A DNA stretch of 63,597 nt, filler included, from Octopus bimaculoides (GCF_001194135.2; 11 parts of 11 records of this genome joined end to end with filler, not necessarily neighbours in it); one strand, 5' to 3'. Shown: positions 12,563 through 24,312, numbered from the whole stretch's first letter. Notes: generated by a model not told the origin, from the sequence alone. A program made the numbers and translations.

Positions 12563-12729
12563 TTTTCTGTAGACATTGACCTTTATCCTGACGGTGGACT
12601 TACTGGCATAGTCTTGCTGACCAACCATTTGGTCAGACATCACTTTTCCGTTCACCATGTGGTAGTTCACCAACTTCTTCATCAGTTGTGGTCGTGTTCG
12701 GAGCGCCGACATGTATTCCCTGGAGAGTG
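12563..12729 (-). CDS. Tandem FAS1-domain (fasciclin/periostin/TGFBI-like) protein, first exon visible in window
   Basis: Acceptor tacacag, donor gtaagg. Peptide LSREYMSALRTRPQLMKKLVNYHMVNGKVMSDQM...VNVYRK contains the FAS1 YH motif. Phase 0 matches the next exon. An alternative acceptor 9 nt downstream (ctccag) is possible. Confidence 0.85.
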
Positions 12730-12998
12730 CTGTGTATAAGAGTTTAGTAAATAGTTATGTGTATAGGTATGTGCGCGTATGTATGTCTTTCTAGCATAAC
12801 TATATATGCAAATACACACACACACACACATAAACGATATCAAACATGCATACACAAGGTACGTGTTTTCCTAGTTTGTAGGTAAGACTGCGTCTTTAAA
12901 CCTAAAAGAATATATTCTCATCAATGAGCCTGGTGTTAAAACACCTGGAAGTCATAGACAAGCGAGATAACTTGCACCAGGTCCCATTCAGATGCGAT

Positions 12999-13135
12999 GG
13001 CATTTTTTCCACCATCTTGAAAACGTCTGAACCACTCGTACACTTGCGCGCGGCTCATACACTCCTCTCCATACACTTTCTGCAACTTTGCGTGGGCCTA
13101 CGAGCAGGTATCACCATGACAGCTTTCTCTGTCAT
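12999..13135 (-). mobile_element. Mariner transposase N-terminal fragment
   Basis: AHAKLQKVYGEECMSRAQVYEWFRRFQDG is the mariner HTH motif. Contains a stop and a deletion. Confidence 0.75.
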
Positions 13136-13711
13136 GGTAAATGCGACAATCACACTCTACACACGTTCCTTCCAAACACTGCTGTAAACAGCGGAAGTGA
13201 GCTAGAACATTAAAACTTAGTGCGCATTCACAGCAGAGTTCAAGGTCAATTGTTCCCAAGCGGCTTCACTCTGCGTGCTTTAGCTTCGTTACTATGGCAA
13301 TAGTCTGGATACTAATTGATCAGACCTCATATATAAGCCACAGGATTCAGGAAACCGGGTTGATGAACCTATGGCTCGAGGAGACCCCTTGATCCTTNNN
13401 NNNNNNNNNNNNNNNNNNNNNNNNNNNNNNNNNNNNNNNNNTTAATTAATTAANNNNNNNNNNNNNNNNNNNNNNNNNNNNNNNNNNNNNNNNNNNNTAT
13501 ATATATATATGCGTATATATATATATGTATGTATGTTTTTTTCTGTCTCGTTAATTTAGAATAAATTTTGACCAGTCACCTACTTAGTGGGATTGTTATG
13601 GATGAAAGCATCTTCTTTTTACCGCATCTTCTTTTTACCGCCATCTACTCTACGAAATGTACTGAGTAATCCTTCAGTTTAATATAAAAACGTTTTTATT
13701 ATAACTTAACA

Positions 13712-14880
13712 TGGCGACGAGCTGGTCGAATCGTAAGCACGTTGAACAAAATGCTTAGCGGCATTTTGCCCGTCTTCACATTCTGAGTTCAAATTCCACC
13801 GAGGTCGACTTTGCATTTGATCTTTCCGGGGTCAATGAAATAAGTACCAGTTACACATTCGGGTCGATGTAATCAACTAGTCCACCCTCAAAATGTCAGG
13901 CCTTCTGCCATTTGTTGAAAGTATTATAATTTAACATGGCGATGAGCTGGCCAAATCGTTAGCAAAATGCTTAGCGTCATTTCGCTCGTCTTCACGTTCT
14001 GAGTTCAAATTCCACCGAGGTCAACTTTGCTTTTCATTCTTTGGAGGTCGAGGAAATAATTGCCAGTTGAATATTGGTGACATTGTAATTGACTAGGCCC
14101 CTCTCCTCAAAGTTTCAGGTTTTCTGGCTATTGTAGAAAGAATTATAACTTAAGATAAAAACAAATATCAATGTGTGTGTGCGTGTTTTTGAAGAAATAT
14201 GTTTTTTAAATTACAGAAAAAATTAATACAAGGTTCGTGTTATTCTGTTTTTAAATCTTTTATATAATTAAGAATTTTTAATTTAAGAAAATCTTTCTTC
14301 AATTATTGTGACTATATCAAGAATTTTTTGCAACAGATTTATGCGTGGGGGCGTATGTGCGTATGTGTGTGTTTGTTTGTGTGATAGTGTATTTTTGTAC
14401 GTGTGAAATTAAAAATGATTGCAATGAAACAAAAAAATGAGCTCTTACAACTCACCTAGTTTTGTTAATTAATAACAATCGGGCTACGAGCTGGTGGAAT
14501 CGTTAGCACGCCAGGCAAAACGCTTAGCAATATTTCGTCTGCCGCTACGTTCTGAGTTCAAATTCCGCCGAGGTCGACTTTGCCTTTCATCCATTCGGGG
14601 TCGATAAATTAAGTACCAGTTATGCACTGGGGTTGATGAAATCGACTTAATCCCTTTGTCTGTCCTTGTTTGTCCCCTTTATGTTTAGCCCCTTGTGGGC
14701 AATAAAGGAACGTTAGCAATATTTCGTCTGTATTTATGTTCTGAGTTCAAATTCCATCGTGGTTGATTTTGCCTTTCAATCCTTTCAGGGTCGATAAAAT
14801 AAGTACCACTTGAACACTGAGGTCAATATAATTGACTTAATCCGTCCCCAAAAATTTGATTAATCCGTCATGCCAAAATT
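13712..14880 (+). mobile_element. Cluster of four co-oriented SINE family B copies
   Basis: Copies at about 13712-13925, 13936-14145, 14485-14710 and a partial copy at 14710-14880, each with ttctgagttcaaattcc. Confidence 0.8.
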
Positions 14881-15368
14881 TGATTTCAATAATTAGCACT
14901 TTGCTAGATATATAATAACTTATAGTAATTGATATGTCCCTTGCAAACAGATTATTATTATTATTTTGCATTTATTACCAATCAGATTACACTTTTGATG
15001 TTATTCATCGAAAAATAGATATTTTGCTTATAAGTAACTTCATAAAAAGTTACTGTTTTGAACGCTTTCATTATATATACGTGTTCTTTGTAACAAAACA
15101 AGTCATTTACAACAATTGTATATTCAATCGTTTAAATATGGTTCATATTTATTAACTATTAAAATATTTTCCTTTGTTTGTTGCTTTGTAACTAAATCTG
15201 AGCATTTAGGAATACTTTAAAATTTAGATAGGTCCGTTATTGCACTTTTTATTATATATCCAGCGAGAGAGTATTTTTCAATTTTATCATTATTGATTTG
15301 TTGTCGTTGCATTGTCATTCTTATGCGTTTAAAATTGCTTTTTGTTTTTTTGAGATTCTTGATGTGAA

Positions 15369-15445
15369 TACGTTTTGGCTGATATATCCTTCAGCCTTCA
15401 TCAGATGTCAAATGTAAATAATGTAAATAATGTACATAATTCCTC
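15369..15445 (-). ncRNA. Probably inactive hammerhead (G12A) joined to an inverted tail of the 53185-53455 family
   Basis: Minus strand reads CTGATGA-A-GGCTGA-loop-TCAGCC-AAAAC-GTA. Plus strand continues with gtcaaatgtaaataatgtaaataatgtac, also seen at 53427-53454. Confidence 0.55.
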
Positions 15446-15885
15446 CTCTATTATATATATATATATATATATACACACTACATATATGTGCAAAATGCTG
15501 TCTGTGGGTGTGTTTGTGGAGTTGTTAGCTAACTTCTACATCGTTTTATTGATTTTTATGTAACTCGACACGTGAGTAGAATTCATGTCTGGAAACCTCA
15601 TGGCATACTCAGATTGTTGAAAAAAAATCGATAACAAGGTCCCTGGAAGGGATCCTTATATATAACCAAGGGAAATAACCCATTCATTTTCCTAAATTAT
15701 TTGGTAAAAATGAAATTGAGTATGCTTATTTCTTAGTACTTGAGCTGTTAGAGCTATTTTCGCAATTTATCCAGTGCAACCCTTAAACAAGTAAATAGTA
15801 TTTTCCTAAACAATAGATCCACTTATTTCGGTTAGTGACTTATTCACGAATATAACAACATTCGTGCCCCTGAGAGTAATATTCG

Positions 15886-16145
15886 CTGGGAACGCACAAA
15901 AGGCCTTTTCAGAGTAATTTACTTTGAATTGTTATTATCTCATATCTGATTAGTCTGTTATTACGTAACATGCTTCAAGATTTTAGTATACATACCTTAT
16001 TAGTATTTCCTCCTAATTTCTATATGCCCTGGGAACGCATTAAAGCCCTTTTCGGGGGTACTTTATTTGAATTCTTATTATCGGGTAACTAATCTCATGT
16101 TATTACATAACTGACTTCATAATTTGGGTATTCATAACTTATTCG
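15886..16145. repeat. Diverged ~143-bp direct repeat dimer
   Basis: CTGGGAACGCA..AAAG.CC.TTTTC...TTTGAATT..TTATTATC...GTTATTAC.TAAC starts at 15886 and again at 16029. Confidence 0.7.
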
Positions 16146-16462
16146 GAATTCCTAAAAACAAGATCCTGTATAAGGCAGTTCGGTATTCTCTGTAAATGCA
16201 CAAAAACCATTTTAAGGTCTACATACTTTGCATTGTTGTTATTGGATTAGTGAAACAATTATGAGAAAGGAACCAAGGGATAAGGCCCGCTTTCCCTGGC
16301 CGCCCACAATTTAATATATATATGTATGTATATATATACACATATATATGTATATATATATATATATATAAACATATATATATATATTCATATACATATG
16401 TATATATATATANNNNNNNNNNTATATATATATTCATATACATATGTATATATATATATATA

Positions 16463-16498
<36 letters not shown>

Positions 16499-16978
16499 TA
16501 TACATATGTATATATATATATACACACACATATGCAGGATAGGCTGTGTTGTAAGGAGCTCGCTTCCCAGCCACATAAACGTAAGCTATTTAGGCTAGGA
16601 TTATCTTCTATTATCAATAGAAGATAAACCTAACCTAAATAGAAAACTAGAATGGAACACTAGCACACCCACCACACCACAACCTGATGACAGAATATGA
16701 TCCCCATAAACTGATAATAATATGAAACTAATACAATAGATAGATAAATAAATGGAATTAATTAATTAAATACTTAAACAAAATACAATAAATTAATAAT
16801 AATATAAAAAAGAAAAAGTAAGTGGATAAAAACATAAATAAAATAAAATTAACGTGAATAAACAGGGGATACTGATAACGCATGCACCATACATATACTT
16901 ACCACACATATACTTACCAAACATAGACACACAGGGATATACACATGCGCAAATAAAGACACATACAACAGATACACA

Positions 16979-17039
<61 letters not shown>

Positions 17040-18606
17040 NNNNNNNNNNNNNNNNNNNNNNNNNNNNNNNNNNNNNNNNNNNNNNNNNNNNNNNNNNNNN
17101 NNNNNNNNNNNNNNNNNNNNNNNNNNNNNNNNNNNNNNNNNNNNNNNNNNNNNNNNNNNNNNNNNNNNNNNNNNNNNNNNNNNNNNNNNNNNNNNNNNNN
17201 NNNNNNNNNNNNNNNNNNNNNNNNNNNNNNNNNNNNNNNNNNNNNNNNNNNNNNNNNNNNNNNNNNNNNNNNNNNNNNNNNNNNNNNNNNNNNNNNNNNN
17301 NNNNNNNNNNNNNNNNNNNNNNNNNNNNNNNNNNNNNNNNNNNNNNNNNNNNNNNNNNNNNNNNNNNNNNNNNNNNNNNNNNNNNNNNNNNNNNNNNNNN
17401 NNNNNNNNNNNNNNNNNNNNNNNNNNNNNNNNNNNNNNNNNNNNNNNNNNNNNNNNNNNNNNNNNNNNNNNNNNNNNNNNNNNNNNNNNNNNNNNNNNNN
17501 NNNNNNNNNNNNNNNNNNNNNNNNNNNNNNNNNNNNNNNNNNNNNNNNNNNNNNNNNNNNNNNNNNNNNNNNNNNNNNNNNNNNNNNNNNNNNNNNNNNN
17601 NNNNNNNNNNNNNNNNNNNNNNNNNNNNNNNNNNNNNNNNNNNNNNNNNNNNNNNNNNNNNNNNNNNNNNNNNNNNNNNNNNNNNNNNNNNNNNNNNNNN
17701 NNNNNNNNNNNNNNNNNNNNNNNNNNNNNNNNNNNNNNNNNNNNNNNNNNNNNNNNNNNNNNNNNNNNNNNNNNNNNNNNNNNNNNNNNNNNNNNNNNNN
17801 NNNNNNNNNNNNNNNNNNNNNNNNNNNNNNNNNNNNNNNNNNNNNNNNNNNNNNNNNNNNNNNNNNNNNNNNNNNNNNNNNNNNNNNNNNNNNNNNNNNN
17901 NNNNNNNNNNNNNNNNNNNNNNNNNNNNNNNNNNNNNNNNNNNNNNNNNNNNNNNNNNNNNNNNNNNNNNNNNNNNNNNNNNNNNNNNNNNNNNNNNNNN
18001 NNNNNNNNNNNNNNNNNNNNNNNNNNNNNNNNNNTATAAATTCGCTGCCCGCTAACATTTTTGCCAGTATATATATATACAGTGAAGCTGCCTTACTATA
18101 GCGTCATATATTATCGACTGCTAATTCCAGGAAATATTGGCGCTTTGTTGTACCACTGTCCTATATTTATGCTTTAACCTGATGGTGCTTTAGCAGGCCA
18201 ACACTCCCGCAATCGGAAGGTTAGTCTGTCGCAAGGTCACCAATTTACAGTTGAGTGGAAAGGTAAAATGAAGTGCTTCAACCACGAACTCAACACAAGT
18301 CAGCAATACTAAGGCATTGCATGGGTGCTAGCAATACACTCGCACACCCGGGTCAGTCCCGTTCAGTAGTACTTCGAGGAGTACGATCTCGAACAGCACT
18401 GTCAATCAAAGGAGTTCTAGAAATAACAGAGCTGGTAATAGTCACTGTTTCTCATTTAAGTCTAAGGCCAGCGATATTATAGAGAAAGGGTTAGTCGAAA
18501 CTATCGATCTCAGTACTAGACTGGGACTTTCTTTGTTTCATCGACCGCAAAGGATTGAAAGTCGAAGTTGACCTCGACGGGATTTGAACTCAGAAAGTAA
18601 AGGTGA

Positions 18607-19070
18607 AGGTGTGGCTGTGTGGTAAGAAGCTTGCTTCCCAATCACATGGTTCCGGATTTAGTCCCACTGCGTGGCACCTTGTGCAGGNNNNNNNNNNNNN
18701 NNNNNNNNNNNNNNNNNNNNNNNNNNNNNNNTTAATTAATTAANNNNNNNNNNNNNNNNNNNNNNNNNNNNNNNNNNNNNNNNNNNNGTGGATTTGGTAG
18801 ACGGAAACTGAAAGAAGCCCGTTGTATATATGTATCTATATATATGTGTTTGTGTGTCTATGTTTGTCCCCCCACCATCGCTTGACAACCGATGCTGGTG
18901 TGTTTACATCCCCATAACTTAGCGGTTCAGCAAAAAGAGACTGATAGAATAAGTACTAGGCTTACAAAGAATAAGTCCTGGGGTCGATTTTCTCGACTAA
19001 AGGTGGTGCTCCAGCATGGCCGCAGTCAAATGACTGAAACAAGTAAAAGAGTAAAAGAGTAAAGAGTATA
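18607..19070 (+). mobile_element. SINE family A spanning an assembly spacer
   Basis: Head before 18688 and collinear body after 18787; (GAGTAAAA)n tail. Confidence 0.8.
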
Positions 19071-19223
19071 TTGTATTTCGTTGTTGTTGCTTGATATGTG
19101 TTGTTGCCACTCTGTTTACTTATGTTGTTGTTATTTCTGCTCTTTAGAGCTTTTGTATTCATAGTATTCAATAACAATGACATGAATTTAATTGTAGAAA
19201 AAATTTACTTGTTTAATTAACAG

Positions 19224-19402
19224 TAAGAAAATGAGAGCTTGCGAGAAATGTTACCAACTCCAGAAGGAACAGTCTGAAGATAGTGCCAATCCTATTCTCT
19301 ATGTTGAGAGTGAAGAAGAAGACAAAGAATTGTCTGAGAGTTCCTCCTATCGCCGCAGTACAAAATGGAGTGAATCAGCCAGTGACGTTTCCGATATGCT
19401 TG
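19224..19402 (+). CDS. FYCO1: FYCO1-like exon: C-terminal end of FYVE zinc finger plus acidic linker
   Basis: Acceptor aacag, donor gtaagt. KKMRACEKCY matches the closing R-x-CxxC of FYVE. Phase 1 out matches the next exon. Confidence 0.8.
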
Positions 19403-20297
19403 GTAAGTTCTCATTTTGTTCTACAGTAGTGATTTTAATGTGGTTTTTATAATTAATTAAATGTGTGTTGTGATCTATAATGACCGAACTACTTATGCCA
19501 TGTATTTCACATTCTGGTAGTTGGTGAGCTGACATAATTTTTAGCATGTTGGACAAAATACTTCTTAACATTTCTGTCTTTTAATTCTAAGTTCAAATTC
19601 TACCAAGGTTGACTTTGCTTTCTGTCCTTTTGTGGTCAATGAAATAAGTACCAGTCAAACGCTGGGGTTGATGTAATAAACTAGCTTCTCTCCTACAAAA
19701 TTTCAGGCCCTGTTTGTATAGTAGAAAGAATTCTGGAATAGAAGAGGCATCACTCCAAAGGCAAAAATCAAAGAGTACCAAGCTGCAGTTTCCACCACTC
19801 TGCCTTATAGCTGTGAAACATAAGCTCTCTACTAACATGATATATAGGTGCGATGAGAGAAGCTAAACTATTTCCATACTAGCTGTCTCAAAAAAATTCT
19901 TGTAATCAAGTGGCAGGACAGAATTTCTGACACAGAAGTACTCTCTCATGCTGAACTGCCTGGTATCCAAATGATTCTGGCATACAAACTACATGACCTT
20001 CTCCAGTTGCACTGGGGAAGGTCATGTGGTTTGTATGCCAGAGTACCTGCTCCTGAAGAAGGTGTTTTACAATAAACTCCAGTACAGTAAATTCTTCTGA
20101 GGAAGTCAAATCAAAAAAAACATCACAAAGACATTTTGATTCCTTCACTGTGGACCTTCAACATTGGCCATAAAGACTGAGAAGTGACAGTATTGGAGAG
20201 AAGAAAATAGTATTGTATCATCTCTTATTTTCCAATTTGATCTTAATTTTTGTTTTATACCTCCCTTTTATTATCTCTATTATTTTATTGATTTCAG

Positions 20298-20418
20298 ATC
20301 ACACTGATGACATGGATAGTTTGCAAGACCAAAATTCTGAAATTGGCCAGTCTTCATTATCGTTTGCTTCCGGTGGTGTAACAAAGAATGGCTCTAGTGA
20401 TAATTCTGTTGAAGAAAA
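20298..20418 (+). CDS. FYCO1: FYCO1-like exon, disordered acidic linker
   Basis: Acceptor atttcag, donor gtatgt. (D)HTDDMDSLQDQNSEIGQSS...NSVEE(K). Phases 1 in and 2 out fit both neighbours. Confidence 0.75.
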
Positions 20419-21890
20419 GTATGTTATAAGAGATTTTTCTCTTCAGCCTCCCTATTGCAACATTATATGATTCACCTCTTGATCTTTCTTGTATAGAAAA
20501 TTTTTCTTTTTGTAAATTAATGATTTTTATTTGATCAGTGACATCTTAATTATGTTGTTATTGCTGTTAATCCCTAATTAGTCTTGTTTGAGACCTATGA
20601 CTGAAACCATTCTTGCTGTGATCATCCTAACTTTATTATTTCATATATAGTTTATATCATGTGTTCTTGTTTTTAAGATGGTAGTGTGTATGATATGAAG
20701 TATGTTTGACTCCTACTTTTAGCAATTTGGCAGCGGTGAGTTGGCAAAATCATGACAATCAAAATGCTTAGCACATTTCTTTCAGCTCTTTTCATTCTGA
20801 ATTCAAATTCTGTTGTGGTCAACCCTGGTTTTCATCTTTTCTAGGTCAATAAAATAAGTACCAGTGGAACACTAGGGTCAATATAATTGACTATCCACTC
20901 CCAGCTTTCAAAATTACTGGCCTTGTACCAAAATTAGGAAGAATTACAAGGCAGCAAGCTGGCAGAATCATTAGTGACTGACAAAAATGCTTAGTGGCAT
21001 TTCTTTCAGCTCACTACATTTTGAGTTTAAATTCTGCGAAATTCAACTTGCTTTTTATCCTTTCAGTGTCGATAAAATACCAACAGAGTACTGGAGTCGA
21101 TGTGATTGACTTTGCCCTTCACTTCAAAATTGCTGGCCTAGCATCAAAATTAGAGAGAGTTTTTAGCCGTTTGAACAACCTTGTGAAGGTCCACTTGTTC
21201 ATCATCATCGTTTAACATCCATTTTCTATGCTGGCATGGGTTGGATGGTTTGACAGGAGATAGTCAGTTGGAGAGCTATCCAGGCTCCAATTGTCTGTTT
21301 TGGCATGGTTTCTACAGTTGGATGCCTTTCCTGACACCAACCACTTTACAGAGTATACTGGGTGCTTTTTTTACCTGTCACCTGCATGGGTGCATTTACA
21401 TGGTGACAGTACAAGTGCATTTTACATGGCACTGACATGATTGCATCGTATGTGGCACTGACATGAGTGCATTTTACATGGTGCTAACATATGCAGGATA
21501 AAGACCTCTCTGCTGGGAGAAGGAATAGGGGCTTGGCCATAAAGGGCAGCCTGTATGTATGGATGGCCATGATTTTACTTAGCTTGACATGGCATCTCAT
21601 GTCCAACAAATTACCACAAGTCCCAGTTCTTTGTCATCTCTTCAATGAAGCCCAGCGTTTGAAGATCCATTCTTACCACTTCATTCCACATCTTTCTGGG
21701 CCAACCCCTTCTACAGATTCCCTCCATAATTAGAGATCAGCTACAAATCATAGTGTGCTCATATGTTTCATATATCTGTATGTATGTGTGTTTACTCTGT
21801 TTCTTTCATATGGAAAATACTTTCTATAAAAATGTAAGTTCTACTGGATTTATATATGTTCTAAAAATGATTCTTGTTTTGTTTGTGCAG

Positions 21891-22088
21891 GATACCGGAA
21901 GATGAAACAGATGCAGCAGAAAAGACACCTGCTGCTGCAGAAAATGATGCTGCAGAATCTTGCGACAAAGTTGTTGATACAGACACATCTAACATCTGGG
22001 AGAATTCTTCTGATTTTGCTGTAATCAGTGAAGATGAAATTGCCAAAATGAGATCAAAGTCTACAGAGAATGAAGACAATGAAAATCT
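21891..22088 (+). CDS. FYCO1: FYCO1-like exon containing LIR motif
   Basis: Acceptor ttgtgcag, donor gtaagt. IPEDETDAAEK...ENSSDFAVISEDEIAKMRS... Phases 2 in and 2 out. Confidence 0.85.
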
Positions 22089-22164
22089 GTAAGTTATTTG
22101 CTGTCTTAGAAACTGGTGCATTTAACACACACACACACACACACACACACACTATAGGCACATG

Positions 22165-22555
22165 TGTGGCTGTGTGGTAAGAAGTTTACTTTCTTGCCAC
22201 ATGGTTCCAGGTTCACTCCCACTGTGTGGCACCTTGGGCAAGTGTCTTCTACTATAGCCAACCAAAGCCTTGTGAGTGGATTTGGTAGATGGAAACTGAA
22301 AGGAGCCTGCTTTTTATATATATGTGTATATATTAAGTATGTATGTCCTTGTGTGTGTGTCCCACCACTGCTTGACAATAAGTGTTAGTTTGTCTACATC
22401 CCTGTAATTTAGTAGTTCAGCATAAGGGACTGATGGAATAAGTACTTTAAGAAAAAGTAAATACTGGGGTTGATTCAATTGATTAAAACCCTTCAAGGCA
22501 GTACCCCAGTATGGCTGCAGTCCAAAAACTGAAACAAGTAAAAGATAACAGATTA
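22165..22555 (+). mobile_element. SINE family A, diverged copy in FYCO1 intron
   Basis: Same head, body and tail motifs as the other copies. Confidence 0.75.
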
Positions 22556-22914
22556 TTTAGCCAGAGAAGGAAGAGCTGTGCTCAGGAATTCTGCACGAGT
22601 CTCAAAGACTGGTTGAGAAGAAAGGAATACATTGCAAAACAAGACATGGGTTGATACAATAGGGATCAATGAATGGAAGTTTAAAATTACTGGCACATTT
22701 AGCATGAACATTTTAAACAAAAACTGTTTCAAAATTAAAAATTTAGAAAAATGTTATAGAAATCACTTGTTTACTTTACCTTATTGATTATATTTATGTG
22801 AACTGGCAGAATCATTGGTGAGTTCAATAAAATATTTAGCAGCATCTCTTCCAGTTCTTTATATTTGGAGTTTAAATGCCATTACATTCTACTTTGCCTT
22901 TCATCCTGTCATCA

Positions 22915-23185
22915 TAACCATCATCGTTTAACGTCCGCTTTCCATGCTAGCATGGGTTGGACGATTTGACTGAGGACTGGTGAACCAGATGGCTACACCA
23001 GGCTCCAATCTGATTTGGCAGAGTTTCTACAGCTGGATGCCCTTCCTAACGCCAACCACTCCGAGAGTAGTGGGTGCTTTTACGTGCCATCGGCACGAAG
23101 GCCAGTCAGGTGGTACTGGCAACGGCCACGCTCAAAATGGTGTATTTTACGTGCCACCTGCACAAGAGCCAGTCCAGCGGCAAGG
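22915..23185 (-). mobile_element. LINE-type (RTE-like) 3' UTR repeat with (GAT)n tail
   Basis: (CAT)n-gtttaacgtccgctttccatgc...ggatgcccttcctaacgccaacc on the plus strand. Related copies at about 21200-21720, 26895-27330, 27930-28350, 29160-29280 and 30540-30610. Confidence 0.65.
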
Positions 23186-23572
23186 TTAATAAAATAAGTG
23201 ACAGCTGAGCACTAGGATGATGTAATTGGCTTACCCCCTCCTCTAAAATTACTGGCTTTTTGCCAAATTTTGAGATGATTATATATGGGTATAATGGTTT
23301 CTGATTTAGGCACAAGGCAAACAGTTTTGAGGGGAGGGGCTTAGTCAATACCATTGATTCTAGTACTTAACTGGTACTTTATCTTATTGAATTCCAAGGG
23401 TTAGGATGTAAAGTTGACCTTGGGAAGATTTGAACTCAGAAATGAACTCTAACATTTCTACCAGGTCACTTCCTAATTTTTTTTTGCATAATAATTGAAG
23501 CATGGAAGGTTTTTTATAAGCCATTTAAAATAACACACAAAAGCCCTTAGATTCACTTCAACATTTAAATTT

Positions 23573-23627
23573 AATTTGTCAAAATATTTTCGTCACTTGG
23601 AGACCGCGACCTGTTCACTGACAAATT
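23573..23627 (-). ncRNA. Type I hammerhead variant with G3-C8 core swap
   Basis: Minus strand: AATTTGTCA | GTGAACA | G | GTCGC-loop-GTGAC | GAA | AATATT | T | TGACAAATT. All three stems fall in register. Confidence 0.6.
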
Positions 23628-24089
23628 AAATTTAAATGTTGAAGTGAATCTAACGGCTTTTGTGTGTTATTTTAAATGGCTTATAAACACCTTCCACGCT
23701 GCAATTGTTTTCATTCCAGCACACGATCTCAGATCAGGTCACATGCTCTGCAAGTACATCTCCGTAATTTTGTGTAATATATTTCTGAATATGTTTTTGT
23801 TTTACCAAAAGATACTCAAGCATTACCATAGGTTTTGTAAATTAAAAACATGAAAGACAATAATGATATAGTCAGAGAAGGAAGAACTGTGCTCAGGAAC
23901 TTTGTATTGGTCTCAAAGACTGGTGGAATAGAAAAGAATACATGGTTAATACAGTTGTAATGTATAAATCAATACAGTGTTTCTCATAGATGGGGCAAGA
24001 TCTTGCTATGATAAAAAGTAAAATTGATAGGAGATGGGGTAGACAAATATCTATATTCAATAAAATTAAGTTGGTTTCAAGATTTTTAA

Positions 24090-24312
24090 CCTTTTGATGT
24101 TCAGATTACTCTGTCAAATGTAATGCCTATGTATTCACATCATTTTGAATTAATCATGCATTATTTCATAACTTTGAGATTTTGTTGATGTGATTGTTTG
24201 ATTGTTCATTTGTAAAATGACACTGTAGGTGTGAAAGACCAGATCTGACCAGTTTGAAGTTAAAACAGGTAGAATATTTTGGCTAACTATGACCAGTTTA
24301 TATGCTAAAGGG
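24090..24312. mobile_element. Second, more diverged copy of the TTAA MITE
   Basis: TTAA flanks, right end CTAAAGGG|TTAA, internal ttttgaattaatcatgcatta shared with 62903-63123. 223 bp. Confidence 0.7.

Noticed and set aside
12924-13187. Minus-strand region with a good acceptor, just upstream of the FAS1 exons
   Set aside because: It translates as a mariner HTH with a stop codon, not as a FAS1 exon.
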